Shown here one piece after another: positions 9,955 to 19,859 of a DNA stretch of 64,000 nucleotides. Below the pieces are notes generated by a model. The model searched no databases. It saw only the letters and a list, made by a program, of their open reading frames with translations, and was not told the DNA's origin. The stretch comes from Hyphomicrobiales bacterium (GTDB lineage Bacteria > Pseudomonadota > Alphaproteobacteria > Rhizobiales > Beijerinckiaceae), in NCBI GenBank assembly GCA_019237205.1, contig JAFAHO010000060.1, positions 716 to 64,715 of the forward strand, written 5' to 3'. How positions within the stretch are numbered: position 1 is the first letter of the stretch; every line of letters starts with the position of its first letter. The position numbers were made by a program, and so were the translations under genes.

Positions 9955-9992
9955 TTTACTGGCGAGCCGCTTGGCTCCCGAACGAGACCAAC

Positions 9993-10469
9993 ATGGCTCC
10001 GGATTTGAATTGGGAACTGCGGCTCGGTTTCCTCGTCCACGACGTGTCGAGGCTGCGCCGGCGCGTTGTCGACCGGGCGCTGAAACCGCTCGGCGTGACG
10101 CGCTCGCAATGGTGGGTGCTCGCCTTCCTGTCGCGTTCCGATGGCATGTCCCAGGTGGCGCTCGCCGACGAGCTCGATCTTGGAAAAGTGGCGCTCGGGC
10201 AGTTGATCGACCGCCTGGAGAAGACGGGCTTCGTCTCGCGCCGGCCCGACGAGGACGACCGTCGGGTCAAGCGCATATACCTGACCAGGCGCAGCCATGC
10301 CCTGATCGCGCAGATCCGGGACAATGTCAGCGTGACCGAGAAGGAAATCCTCGAGAAAATCGATGAGGCGGACTTGAAGGCGACCGTCCGCGCGCTTCGG
10401 GGCATGAAAGAAAACCTGCTTACAATGACTGGCGACAACGAAGACGTCGAGGATTCGGACGCGGCGTGA
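9993..10469 (+). CDS. MarR-family regulator 1
   Basis: GFLVHDVSRL, TRSQWWVL, DRLEKTGFVSR, DRRVKRIYLT winged helix. Confidence 0.93.
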   Translation: MAPDLNWELRLGFLVHDVSRLRRRVVDRALKPLGVTRSQWWVLAFLSRSDGMSQVALADELDLGKVALGQLIDRLEKTGFVSRRPDEDDRRVKRIYLTRRSHALIAQIRDNVSVTEKEILEKIDEADLKATVRALRGMKENLLTMTGDNEDVEDSDAA

Positions 10470-10493
10470 CCTCGGCGCCCTTCGAAGGCGGCG

Positions 10494-11354
10494 CTAAAAA
10501 AATCCGACCGAGCCGCGGTCGAGCACCAGAACGGAACGTTCGAGGGCCAGGGCGCGAAACCGCAGGCGGTCCGCCGCCTTGAACATCTCGATCCGGATCG
10601 TATCGCCGGGGAAAGCCGGCGCCGAGAAGCGCGCGGCCATTGAGGCAATCGCTCCCGGCCGGCGCGACGCGAATCGCTTGAGCACTGCCCGGCAGGCGAG
10701 GCCGAAAGTGTTGAGGCCATGCGAGATCGGCCGGTCGAACCCGGCCTCGCGCGCGACATCGGGATCGGCGTGAATCGGCATGTAGTCGCGGCTCGCCTGG
10801 CGATAGAGAAGCGCCGCCTGAGGCGACGTGCGGAAGTCACAGATTTCGGTCGGTTCGCTGACGGTTTCCATCGGATACGTCAGTTTCTCGGGCGTCCCGA
10901 ACCCGCCACAGCCGCCGTCGTCGCGTAAAAACTCTGTGGACCGGAGGTTCGCCAGAGGCTCTCCAGTCGCGTCGTCAAAAATGTCGTGCGCCGTGTGGAC
11001 GACGGCGCCCAGCTCGGCGCCCTTGTCGTCCACGGCCAGAATACGATGCTCGGCCCGGACCTCGCCCTCCGCAGGAAGAGGGCGGACCAGCGAAAAGCTC
11101 TGCTCGCCGTGCAGAATGCGCCGCCAGGCTATCCCGGTCTCCGGCGCCTTGTGCCAGAAGGGCGGCCAGCACAGGGTCACGCACTGGCTTGGGACCGCAA
11201 GCGGGCCGCGGCGCTCGTAGATATAGGGGAGTTCGTCCTCGTCGAGCGGGTCCTGGCCCATGCCGAGAGCGAGCGCGTAGAGCGCGCTGTCGCGAATATC
11301 GTAGCGCTGGACGATCGGCGCAAAGGTCAGGTTGCGGACGTAGTCGAGGTTCAT
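10494..11354 (-). CDS. Double hot-dog (R)-specific enoyl-CoA hydratase, MaoC/MFE-2 type
   Basis: LYALALG, ILHGEQ, DYMPIHADP, PISHGLNTFG; start MNLDY at 11354. Confidence 0.88.
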   Translation of the reverse strand: MNLDYVRNLTFAPIVQRYDIRDSALYALALGMGQDPLDEDELPYIYERRGPLAVPSQCVTLCWPPFWHKAPETGIAWRRILHGEQSFSLVRPLPAEGEVRAEHRILAVDDKGAELGAVVHTAHDIFDDATGEPLANLRSTEFLRDDGGCGGFGTPEKLTYPMETVSEPTEICDFRTSPQAALLYRQASRDYMPIHADPDVAREAGFDRPISHGLNTFGLACRAVLKRFASRRPGAIASMAARFSAPAFPGDTIRIEMFKAADRLRFRALALERSVLVLDRGSVGFF

Positions 11355-11364
11355 AAGCTTTCCG

Positions 11365-12303
11365 TCAGGCGCTCGGGGACAGAAGGCATTCTTGGGTCGC
11401 GCTGGCCACAAGAACGCCGGCGCGGGAATAGACGCGCGCTACGGTTAGTCCGCGCCCGAAAGCTCCGCTCGGGCTTAGGCAATCGAACAGGAGCCATTCG
11501 TCGGCGCGCAGCGGCCGATGAAACCAGATCGCGTGATTGAGGCTCGCAACATAAAGCGTGTCGCCTCGCTCCGACGTGGTGCGCACGTGCGCGATGCAGG
11601 CGGCGAAATTGATCCAGTAGTCCGACAGATAAGCAAAAGCGGCGGCATGCAGCGCAGGGTCCTCCACAAGCCTTTGGCGCAAGCGGATCCAGAAGCGCAT
11701 CCGGGGCTCATCGCGTTCCAAACCGGGCATGAGATCGTCAACAAAAGGCGCGCGCAATTCAATCACCGGGTGCGGCCGCAACCTGTAGGAAAGCGTTCGT
11801 TCTATTTCGTGGACTCCGGGGGCGTCGATGTCTTCGAGACGCACGCATGCCTCGGGGTTCCGGTCTAGTCCGCAGTCGGAGGGGGCCTGCGCCGCATGAT
11901 CCGGAGACTCCATTGCTTTGGCGAAGGCAACGCTGGCGTCGCAGACGATGCGGCTTCCGCCCTGCACGCCGCGCACATTGCGCGCCGAGAATCGCTTGCC
12001 GTCCTGCAAGGAGGCGACATCGAAGTCGATTGTCTGATCGGGGAGACCTCCCGCGGCAAACAAAAGCTGCAGGCAGGACGCGAACCGGTCCCTCGATACC
12101 GTCTGCGAAGCCGCATGGAGGGCCTGCCCCAATATCTGGCCGCCATAGATGCGTCCATGCTCGTTCGTCTCGGCCCGCCGCGTCCGAAAGCTACCCTCAG
12201 AGGTGCGCGTCAGACCAAGCAGGTCCGCGATGTCCTTTCCGTCCCATTCCGAAGGATTTTCCCCTGCGGCGGGGAGCGCGGTTTGCATGTTCAATACGTC
12301 CAT
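11365..12303 (-). CDS. tesB: Acyl-CoA thioesterase II
   Basis: IYGGQILGQAL, LQDGKRFSAR, AYLSD, ASLNHAIWFH, LVASATQECL. Confidence 0.85.
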   Translation of the reverse strand: MDVLNMQTALPAAGENPSEWDGKDIADLLGLTRTSEGSFRTRRAETNEHGRIYGGQILGQALHAASQTVSRDRFASCLQLLFAAGGLPDQTIDFDVASLQDGKRFSARNVRGVQGGSRIVCDASVAFAKAMESPDHAAQAPSDCGLDRNPEACVRLEDIDAPGVHEIERTLSYRLRPHPVIELRAPFVDDLMPGLERDEPRMRFWIRLRQRLVEDPALHAAAFAYLSDYWINFAACIAHVRTTSERGDTLYVASLNHAIWFHRPLRADEWLLFDCLSPSGAFGRGLTVARVYSRAGVLVASATQECLLSPSA

Positions 12304-12884
12304 CTGTGGTGTCCGGTTTCGTTGACGCTGGCGACGCCATAACGCTCGTCCCCGAAATGCCTGAGGCGGGTGACCGACCCGTAGCCGACGAGGAATCGGG
12401 TGATGCTGTCGAGCCCGAGCGCGTGCGCCAGGACGATGTTGATCGGGAGACCGTGGGTGAAGACCGCGACGCGAGCTGTCGGCGCTTCCTTTGCGACGGT
12501 CGCGTCGAGCGCCGCAAGAACGCCGTCCCGGAAGGACGCCGGATCGCCTCCCAGATAGCCGATCGGGTTTGCGAGAAAGCGCGACCAGGCCTCTCCCCCG
12601 TCAGCGCGAAGCGTCTCCGTGGATCGGTAGCGGCTCGCCCCGCGATCGGCTTCCGCCCAAAGGTCGATTGTTTCGATCGCCAGGCGGAGGCCCTTTGCCA
12701 GCGGTTCGGCGGTTTCCCGCGCCCGCCGGAGCGGGCTTGTGACAATGCGAGTGATCCCCTCGCTCCCCAATAGGCGCGCAGTGGCTTGCGCCTGCCGCCA
12801 TCCATCCTCATTGAGCGGCGGGTCGTTTGGCGTCTCCGCGCCGTCCTCGTCGGGTCGGCCGTGGCGGACAAGGATGAGGCGCAT
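12291..12884 (-). CDS. Histidine phosphatase (phosphoglycerate mutase family)
   Basis: LILVRHG, SPLRRARETA, VFTHG; start MRLIL at 12884. Confidence 0.9.
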   Translation of the reverse strand: MRLILVRHGRPDEDGAETPNDPPLNEDGWRQAQATARLLGSEGITRIVTSPLRRARETAEPLAKGLRLAIETIDLWAEADRGASRYRSTETLRADGGEAWSRFLANPIGYLGGDPASFRDGVLAALDATVAKEAPTARVAVFTHGLPINIVLAHALGLDSITRFLVGYGSVTRLRHFGDERYGVASVNETGHHRWTY

Positions 12885-12888
12885 GGGG

Positions 12889-14040
12889 TCAGGTCTGGGC
12901 CATCGCCCCGGACGATTCGAGCGCGGCGATCGTTTCCGGCGCGATTCCCCAGTCGGCAAGCGCCTGCCGGCTGTCGCGCCCCGGAGGCGGAGCGGAGCGT
13001 CGAAGCGTCGCCGGCGTCTGGCCGAAGCGCGGCGCCGGGGCAGGGTGGGTCACGCCATCGAAGCGGACATGGGCGCCACGGGCGCGCATGTGGGGGTGCT
13101 TCGGCGCTTCATCCATTGAGAGCGCTGGCGCGAGACAGGCGTCGCGTCCGGCGGCGCGCTCCACCCATTCGTCGCGCGCACGGGTCTTGAAGACTGCGGC
13201 GAAACGTTCCCGCATTGCGCGCCAGGCGCGGCGATCGTTCTGGTCGGGCAGGTCGGCGGCCTTCAACTCCATGCAAGCGAGCAGGTTCGCGTAGAAATGC
13301 GGTTCGATCGCGCCAACAGCGACATGCTTGCCGTCCGCCGTCTCATAGCAGCGATAAAAGGGCGCGCCGCCGTCGACGATGTTGTCCGCCCGCTTATCCG
13401 TCCATGCGCCCTGCTGGCGGAACGCCTGAAAGGCCGACATCAGATGGGTCACGCCATCGACCATCGCGACGTCGAGAGTCTGGCCCCGTCCCGTCTCTCG
13501 CGCGTGGAGCACTGCAGAAAGAATCCCTACCGCCAGGTAGAGCGCGCCTCCGCCAAGGTCGGCGATGAGATTGAGCGGCGGAGGAGGGGGGCGGTCGGCG
13601 TCTCCGAGCGCGTGAAGCGCGCCGGTAAGCGCGAGATAGTTGATGTCGTGTCCGGCCTCCTGAGCGAGCGGACCCTCCTGTCCCCATCCGGTCATGCGGG
13701 CGAAGACGAGCCGTGGGTTGGCGGCGAGACAGACCTCGGGCCCGAGGCCTAGCCGCTCCATGACGCCGGGCCGAAATCCTTCGATCAGCGCATCTGCCTT
13801 GGCGACCGCCGCGAGGACCGCACTGATGGCGCCGCGCTGCTTCAGGTCGAGCGCCACCGATCGTTTGTTTCGATTGTAGAAGTCGAACCGCGCCGGCGTT
13901 TCGGGGTCGATTCCAGGCTTGGGAATACGGTCGATGCGCAGAATGTCTGCGCCGAGATCGCCGAGCAGGCCCCCAGCGAAGGGCGCAGGTCCGATCCCAC
14001 CCAGCTCCACGACCCGAAGGCCCGCTAAAGGTCCCGTCAC
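12889..14040 (-). CDS. CaiB/BaiF class III CoA-transferase, alpha-methylacyl-CoA racemase-like
   Basis: GIGPAPF, NRNKRSVALDLK, GHDINY, NLIADLGGG, DGGAPFY. Confidence 0.88.
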   Translation of the reverse strand: MTGPLAGLRVVELGGIGPAPFAGGLLGDLGADILRIDRIPKPGIDPETPARFDFYNRNKRSVALDLKQRGAISAVLAAVAKADALIEGFRPGVMERLGLGPEVCLAANPRLVFARMTGWGQEGPLAQEAGHDINYLALTGALHALGDADRPPPPPLNLIADLGGGALYLAVGILSAVLHARETGRGQTLDVAMVDGVTHLMSAFQAFRQQGAWTDKRADNIVDGGAPFYRCYETADGKHVAVGAIEPHFYANLLACMELKAADLPDQNDRRAWRAMRERFAAVFKTRARDEWVERAAGRDACLAPALSMDEAPKHPHMRARGAHVRFDGVTHPAPAPRFGQTPATLRRSAPPPGRDSRQALADWGIAPETIAALESSGAMAQT

Positions 14041-15284
14041 GCAGGTACATCCTTTCCGCGATAAGGGCTAAGCCCTTCGGCGCGCGCGGCGAGCGCGCGT
14101 AGCCAGGGCGACGGCGAAAAACGGTCCCCATGCGCCCGGCTGAGATCGTCCAGGGCCTCGACGAGCGGGCCGAACCCGAAATCCTCGGCCCAACGCAAGA
14201 CGCCGCCGCGAGCGTGCGAAAATCCTAGTCCGAGGACCGACGCGGCGTCGGCGTCGTCCGCGCTCGCGACAACGCCCTCTTCGAGGCAACGCAGCGCCTC
14301 GCGGGCCTCCGCGGCGAGGAGCCTGAACTGGATGTCCTCGCGCTGGCTCTGCCGCGTTGCGAGCGGGAAAAGGGCGCCGAGGCCCGCCCACGGCGTGCGA
14401 GGACCGTCGCTGGGCCAGTCGTAGAAGCCGCCGCCCGCCCGCCGGCCAGATCGGCCGGCGGACACGAGACGTTCGAGCGTCGCCTCCGCCAGCGGGCGGC
14501 AGAAGCGTGGTTCGAGACCGTCCTCGCGGGCCTGCCGGGCCTGCGCCAGGTTGAGAGCGATTCCCGTCTCGTCCAGCGTGGCGAACGGGCCGACTGCCCG
14601 GCCGTTTGCGAGCGCGGCGTCATCGATCGTTTCGACCCCGATCCCCTCCGTCGCCATAGCGACGGCTTCGTCCAAATAGGCGGCGAACACCCGGGTTGCG
14701 AAGAAGCCCGGGCCGTCCCGCACGACGATCGGCCTCTTGCCAGCGCCACGGACAAGAGCCAGCGCCTGGCGGACGACCGCGTCGCTGGTGCGTGGCCCGA
14801 TCGCGACCTCGACCAGAGGCATGCGGTTGGCCGGAGAAAAGAAGTGCAGCCCGAGAAAGCGCGACGGGTCGACCAAAACCTGGGCAAGCCCGCCGATGGC
14901 GAGCCCTGACGTCGTGCTGGCGAGGATCGCCGTGGGCGCGGCCCTCTCGACCTTCGCCAGCAGGGCGTTCTTGACGGCTCGATCTTCCGGGGCGCTTTCA
15001 ATCACGAGATCGCAGCGTTGCAAGCCGCAAGCGATCCCGGCCGCTTCGACCCTGGCGAGAACAGCGGCCTTTGCGTCAGGATCAAGCCGGCCGCGGGCGA
15101 CCTGCCCGGAGAGCGACGCGGCGAGGCTCGCGCGCCCGCGCCGCGAAGCCTCTTCGTCGCGCCCACAGAGAACAACCGCGGCGCCCGAGGCGGCGAAAGC
15201 TTGAGCGATCCCGAGTCCCATCAGGCCCGGCCCGACCACGCCGACGCGAGCGGAAATGTCAGCGGTGGAATTGGACGGCGTCAT
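14037..15284 (-). CDS. 3-hydroxyacyl-CoA dehydrogenase (FadB/FadJ C-terminal half)
   Basis: GPGLMGLGIA, VIESAPED, STTS, GLHFFSP, DGPGFFATR, FadJ-like C-terminal helical tail. Confidence 0.88.
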   Translation of the reverse strand: MTPSNSTADISARVGVVGPGLMGLGIAQAFAASGAAVVLCGRDEEASRRGRASLAASLSGQVARGRLDPDAKAAVLARVEAAGIACGLQRCDLVIESAPEDRAVKNALLAKVERAAPTAILASTTSGLAIGGLAQVLVDPSRFLGLHFFSPANRMPLVEVAIGPRTSDAVVRQALALVRGAGKRPIVVRDGPGFFATRVFAAYLDEAVAMATEGIGVETIDDAALANGRAVGPFATLDETGIALNLAQARQAREDGLEPRFCRPLAEATLERLVSAGRSGRRAGGGFYDWPSDGPRTPWAGLGALFPLATRQSQREDIQFRLLAAEAREALRCLEEGVVASADDADAASVLGLGFSHARGGVLRWAEDFGFGPLVEALDDLSRAHGDRFSPSPWLRALAARAEGLSPYRGKDVPA

Positions 15285-15945
15285 CGAGCGAGGCGCGTCC
15301 GACCCGCGCGGCATTGGCCTTCACATTGGGGTCCTCGTATCCGAACGACACCCCGAACAGCAGCTTGTGAGTCTCGGGCACGCCGAGGTGCTCGCGCACG
15401 ATGTCGGGAAAGAGGCTCAGCGCTCCTTGAGCGCAAGAGGCGATGCCGCGCGCGATGAGCGCAAGCATGAGCGTCTGCGCGTACATTCCGATGTCGGTCG
15501 CCTCCCGGACGTCGAAATAGCCGGCCATGAAGACGAAGACCGCGTGCGGCGCGCCGAAGCAGGCGTGATTGCGGATATACGCCATCTTGCGGCCTGCGAG
15601 ATCGCGCCGCTCAACGCCCATTGCGCCATAGAGCTGCTGGGCCGCGTCGACCTGGCGATCGCGGTGGACGCCCAAAAATTTGCGATCCGCCGTGAAGTCC
15701 GGCTTGATCGGCTGGTCGCGCGTTCCCGCATCCACTAGCGCCGCGCTCAGCCGGCGCAGCGCCTCGCCCGAGACGACATGCGGAATCCACGGCTGCACGT
15801 TGCAGTTCGAAGGCGCGAGCTGCGCGAGCTGGAACACTTCGCGCAGCGTCGCTGCGGGGACCTCGTCCGCAAGAAAGCCGCGAACCGACCGGCGCCGGCG
15901 AATGGCTTGTTCAACCGGCATGGCGCGCTGTTCGTGCAGGCTCAT
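15259..15945 (-). CDS. Nitroreductase-family flavoprotein
   Basis: RRSVRGF, APSNCNVQPW, DIGMYAQTLML; ATG overlaps the stop of the upstream kinase. Confidence 0.9.
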   Translation of the reverse strand: MSLHEQRAMPVEQAIRRRRSVRGFLADEVPAATLREVFQLAQLAPSNCNVQPWIPHVVSGEALRRLSAALVDAGTRDQPIKPDFTADRKFLGVHRDRQVDAAQQLYGAMGVERRDLAGRKMAYIRNHACFGAPHAVFVFMAGYFDVREATDIGMYAQTLMLALIARGIASCAQGALSLFPDIVREHLGVPETHKLLFGVSFGYEDPNVKANAARVGRASLDDAVQFHR

Positions 15946-16982
15946 GGCTCCTCCTCGATCAGTGCGGCGCCACGGGCCGCATAGGCTCTCGCAAGGCGCC
16001 GCCCGACTTGCGCTGCGTCGGGCAGGACATTGTTGCCGATCTCGCCCCGCACGGCGACGCCGGCGCTGCCGACCGCCCCGCGGAACATGGCAAAAACCTG
16101 ATGGAACCGGGTCAGGCGCTCGGCGGAGCCGGCGAGGCGATAGTAGAGGTCGAGATAGGCCTGCTCCTCGGGGATCCCCATGTCCTTCAAGGCCAGGCCG
16201 AGGAGGCCGCCGTTTTCGTCGGGGGCCATGCGCCAGGCCTGACTGTTGAAGGCCAGATCGACCAGCGGATGGCCAAGCGTCGAAAGCTCCCAGTCGAGCA
16301 CGCCGATGACGCGGGGCTCGGTGCGATGGAACATCACATTGCCCATGCGAAAGTCGCCGTGGCACAAAGTCAGCGTTTCGCTTTCCGGGATGCGCTCCTC
16401 TAGCCAGCGGACGATGCGGTCGAGGCGGGGATTGTCGTCGTCGCCCTCGCGGTATTCCGACCACAGGCGCGCCCAGCGAGAAAGCTGGCGGCGGAAATAG
16501 TTGCCGGGCCGGCCAAAGTCCGCGAGACCAATGGCGTTGAAGTCGAGCTTGTGAATCTCCGCCAGCGTCGCGCACATAGAGCGATAGAGCGCCGTCCGCT
16601 CCGTCCGCGTGACGCCGGGCGTCGCGAATTCGTGGAACACCCGGCCATCGAGCCATTCCATCAGGTAGAAGGGCGTGCCGAGGACCTCGCGATCCGCGCA
16701 GTACCGGAAAGGCTTCGGCGTCGGCACGGGCGTGCCCTGAAGCGCTTCCAGTACTCGGAACTCGCGGTCGATCGCATGGGCCGACGGGGCCAGCGCGGCG
16801 CGGGGCTGTTTGCGCAGAACCGCGCGCCAATCGCCGCGCTTCAAGAAATAGGTTGGGTTCGACATGCCGCCTTCGGTCTGCCGCGCTTTGGTGCGCGCCG
16901 AGCCGCCGAGCCAGTCCTTGAGCCATGCTCCGAGCGCATCGAGGTCGAAGTCGACCCCGGCTCGCGTATCGACCGCGATCAT
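15942..16982 (-). CDS. APH-family phosphotransferase (ACAD10/11 kinase-domain / LvaA-like)
   Basis: GGMSNPTY, AHAIDREF, LGTPFYLME, HGDFRMGN, LDWELSTLGHPLVDL. Confidence 0.9.
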   Translation of the reverse strand: MIAVDTRAGVDFDLDALGAWLKDWLGGSARTKARQTEGGMSNPTYFLKRGDWRAVLRKQPRAALAPSAHAIDREFRVLEALQGTPVPTPKPFRYCADREVLGTPFYLMEWLDGRVFHEFATPGVTRTERTALYRSMCATLAEIHKLDFNAIGLADFGRPGNYFRRQLSRWARLWSEYREGDDDNPRLDRIVRWLEERIPESETLTLCHGDFRMGNVMFHRTEPRVIGVLDWELSTLGHPLVDLAFNSQAWRMAPDENGGLLGLALKDMGIPEEQAYLDLYYRLAGSAERLTRFHQVFAMFRGAVGSAGVAVRGEIGNNVLPDAAQVGRRLARAYAARGAALIEEEP

Positions 16983-18226
16983 GCGGCCGTCGCCTGCTTG
17001 CCGAAGGCGAACAGATATTGCGCCACCCGCCGCATCTGGATCTCCTCCGTGCCCTCGGTGATCCGGTAGCGGCGATGGTGGCGGTAGATATGCTCGAAGG
17101 GCAGGGCGCGGCTGTAACCCATGCCGCCATGCACCTGCATGGCGCGGTCGGCGGCTTCGCAGCAGAGCCGATTGGCCCGGAAATTGCAGATCGACACCAT
17201 GTCGCTGATCTCGAGCGGATTCTGCCGGTCCATCTGCCAAGCGGTGCGAAAGATAAAGGTCCGCAACATCTGATATTCCGCCCAGAGCTCGACGAGCGGG
17301 AACTGCACTGCCTGCTTTTTCGCCAGCGGTTCGCCGAACGCCACCCGCTCCCTGGCGTATTTCACCGCCTCCTGAATGCAGTAGCGTGCCGCGCCGGCGC
17401 TCGCGGCGGCCTGCCGGATGCGGTTCTCGTGCACGAAACGCTGCGCGACGATGAGGCCTTCGCCCTCCTTGTGCAGGATGGCGCTGTCGGGAACGCGGAC
17501 GTCCTTGAGCTCCGTCTCGGCGTGATCGCTCGGCATGTTGAACGTCCAGTGATTGTACAAGACCTTGTGGCCCGGCGTGTCGGTTGGAACAATGAAGGCG
17601 GTGATGCCTTTGGCGCTTCCCGGCTTGCCGGAGGTGCGTGCGAAGACCAGGTTGGCGTGGGCGCGGGCGACCTGACTGTTCCAGCGTTTGCGGCCGTTGA
17701 TCACCCACTTGTCGCCGTCGCGAACCGCCGTTGTCTCCAGCCAGGTGGCGTCGCTGCCGTGGCCCGGCTCCGTCAGGCCGAAGGAGAGGTGCTTCTTTCC
17801 GGAGATGATGCCTTCGATATAGGTCTTCTGCTCTTCATTGCCGTAGTCGGCGAGAGCGGGAATGATCGGGAAATTGCCGACGATCGAGGACTCGTCCTGC
17901 AGGTCGTTGTGGAGACCCAGACCCTTCGCGGCGAGATGTTCGCGGATCGCTGCGATCGCCAGATTGGAGGCAGCGGCGCCGCCGCAGGATTTCGGCAGGC
18001 CGTAACGCAGATGACCGGCTTTGTCGGCGCGCCACTCCATCTCGGAAATCAGCGCCCGCCATTCTTCTCTGGGCCGGCCGTCGCGATCCCAATCGGTCCG
18101 CGCGTTTTCCCGCCGGTGGTCGAAGAATTGCATGTTCTCGAGTTCGAGCGGCTTGATCTCCCTCTCGATGAACGCGTCAAGTTCGGCCAGCTTGTCAGTG
18201 ATTTCCTTGGGCAGCTCAAAGTCCAA
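16979..18226 (-). CDS. Acyl-CoA dehydrogenase, candidate LvaC/ACAD10-type
   Basis: FGLTEPGHGSD, QVHGGMGYS, YRITEGTEEIQ; TTG start with GGGAGG RBS; coupled to the kinase. Confidence 0.88.
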   Translation of the reverse strand: MDFELPKEITDKLAELDAFIEREIKPLELENMQFFDHRRENARTDWDRDGRPREEWRALISEMEWRADKAGHLRYGLPKSCGGAAASNLAIAAIREHLAAKGLGLHNDLQDESSIVGNFPIIPALADYGNEEQKTYIEGIISGKKHLSFGLTEPGHGSDATWLETTAVRDGDKWVINGRKRWNSQVARAHANLVFARTSGKPGSAKGITAFIVPTDTPGHKVLYNHWTFNMPSDHAETELKDVRVPDSAILHKEGEGLIVAQRFVHENRIRQAAASAGAARYCIQEAVKYARERVAFGEPLAKKQAVQFPLVELWAEYQMLRTFIFRTAWQMDRQNPLEISDMVSICNFRANRLCCEAADRAMQVHGGMGYSRALPFEHIYRHHRRYRITEGTEEIQMRRVAQYLFAFGKQATAA

Positions 18227-18257
18227 GGCTGCGCCTCCCGTCTTTGTGTGCGGCAGA

Positions 18258-18275
18258 TCGTACGTTAACGTACGA
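18258..18275. promoter_or_regulatory. Operator motif A, perfect 18-bp palindrome
   Basis: TCGTACGTTAACGTACGA, inside a minus-strand TTGACT(18284..18279)-N16-TACGAT promoter. Confidence 0.8.
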
Positions 18276-18294
18276 ATAAGTCAAGCATCGAGAC

Positions 18295-19086
18295 TCAATT
18301 CGGCAGCGCGATGCGCCCAAAAGGATGCGTGCTGCTGACGCCGCCATCGACCGAGAGGAGCTGGCCGTCGACATAGGACGAGTCGTCGCTGGCGAGAAAC
18401 GCGACCGCCGCCGCGATCTCGTCGGCGCGTCCTGGCCGCTTGAGCGGCGTGACATGGCCGATCTTGCTTTCGACCCCGCGAGCGCGCGCATCCTCGAAAA
18501 CCTTCCGGGTAAGCTGGGTTTCGACAAGGCCGGGGAGAACCGCGTTCACCCTGACCCCGGTTCCGGCGAAGGCGTTGGCCGCGGTCTGCGCGAGATTGTT
18601 CACTGCCGCCTTGCTGGCGCTGTAGGAGATCGCGCCGGCGTTCGCCCGCAGCGACGCCGCCGATGAAGTGAGGATGATCGACCCGTAGCGCTGCGCCGTC
18701 ATGTGCGCGCCGGCGTATTTGATGGCGAGGAAGCAGCTCACCGTATTGATGCGATAGACCTCCATCCACTCCTCGACGCTTTGGTCGAGAAGGGGAGTGT
18801 TGGTTCCGGTGACGCCGATATTGGCGAAGAAAATCTCGAGTCCGCCGACTTCGCTCAGACAACGGCGGACGATTTCGGCGACATTGTCCTCGAGCGACGC
18901 GTCGGTGATCATGCCGAGCGCCGTCCCGCCCTCGGCGCGGATCTCCTCGACCGTTTCTTCGGTATTGGCCGAACGTCCGACCACGAACACGGAGGCGCCT
19001 TCGCGCGCGAGACGGATAGCGCTCGCCTTTCCAATCCCGCTGCCGCCGCCGGTGACGACCGCACGCTTGCCTTCGAGCCGCTTCAA
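18295..19086 (-). CDS. Classical SDR oxidoreductase
   Basis: TGGGSGIG, YSASK, VNAVLPG; TTG start. Confidence 0.9.
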   Translation of the reverse strand: MKRLEGKRAVVTGGGSGIGKASAIRLAREGASVFVVGRSANTEETVEEIRAEGGTALGMITDASLEDNVAEIVRRCLSEVGGLEIFFANIGVTGTNTPLLDQSVEEWMEVYRINTVSCFLAIKYAGAHMTAQRYGSIILTSSAASLRANAGAISYSASKAAVNNLAQTAANAFAGTGVRVNAVLPGLVETQLTRKVFEDARARGVESKIGHVTPLKRPGRADEIAAAVAFLASDDSSYVDGQLLSVDGGVSSTHPFGRIALPN

Positions 19087-19097
19087 GGCGGGTCTCC

Positions 19098-19859
19098 CTA
19101 TCTTGCCGGGACGGTCCAGCCGCCGTCCGCGGTCACGACCGCACCCTGCAGGTAGCTCGCCTCGTCGCTGGCGAGGAACGCGGCGAGGGCGGCGATTTCC
19201 TCCGGCGCTCCGAAGCGGCCAAGCGGCATCTCGGTTTGGCGCGTCGCAATCGTCGCCTCGTCGAATTGAGCGATCGAAGCGGGCGTGCCGATCATGCCCG
19301 GCGCGATGGCGTTCACGCGGATGCCCTGGGGCGCGAGCTCCGTCGCGGAGGCGCGAGTGAGGCCCGTGACTCCGGCCTTAACCGCCGAATAGGCAATGGA
19401 GTGCTTGGCGGGGTGGGCCGCGGAGACAGAGGTGAGATTGACGATCGCTCCGCCGCCGTTTCGCGCCATCTGCGGCGCCGCGGCCTGGGTCGTCCAGAAC
19501 AGCCCCTCGACGCCGACCGAAAGCATCCGGCGCGACGTCTCTTCATCGATGTCCGCGAGCGGCATGAAGCGCGCCCAGACGGCATTGTTGACGAGCACGG
19601 AAATCGGCGCGCCGAAATCCCTCTCGATCCGCCCGAATTCGGATCGCACAGCTACGCGGTCCGAGACATCCAGGGCATAACCTCTCGCCTCGAAGCCCTT
19701 CGCCTTGAGTTCATTGACGGCCGGCTCCAGCCTGCGCGCACTGACATCGAGGGCGGCGATGCGTCCGCCCTCGCTCCCCAGCCGCTGCGCGATTGCGAGA
19801 CCAATGCCCCGCGCCGCTCCGGTGACGACACAGACGCGTCCGGCGAAGCGCCGGCTCAT
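19098..19859 (-). CDS. Classical SDR oxidoreductase
   Basis: TGAARGIG, NNA, YSAVK, VNAIAPG. Confidence 0.9.
   Translation of the reverse strand: MSRRFAGRVCVVTGAARGIGLAIAQRLGSEGGRIAALDVSARRLEPAVNELKAKGFEARGYALDVSDRVAVRSEFGRIERDFGAPISVLVNNAVWARFMPLADIDEETSRRMLSVGVEGLFWTTQAAAPQMARNGGGAIVNLTSVSAAHPAKHSIAYSAVKAGVTGLTRASATELAPQGIRVNAIAPGMIGTPASIAQFDEATIATRQTEMPLGRFGAPEEIAALAAFLASDEASYLQGAVVTADGGWTVPAR

Noticed and set aside
15259-17130. Apparent 623-aa nitroreductase fusion
   Set aside because: The N-terminal part is an alternative frame of the kinase gene. The nitroreductase has its own RBS and ATG at 15945.
15942-17708. Apparent 588-aa extended kinase, suggesting an ACAD10-like fusion
   Set aside because: The extension is an off-frame reading of the ACAD gene. 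ACAD and kinase are separate genes with a 4-nt overlap.
18258-18275. Motif A as an NtcA box (GTA-N8-TAC)
   Set aside because: The spacing matches, but NtcA is cyanobacterial, the genes are carbon-catabolic and no CRP-family gene is present.
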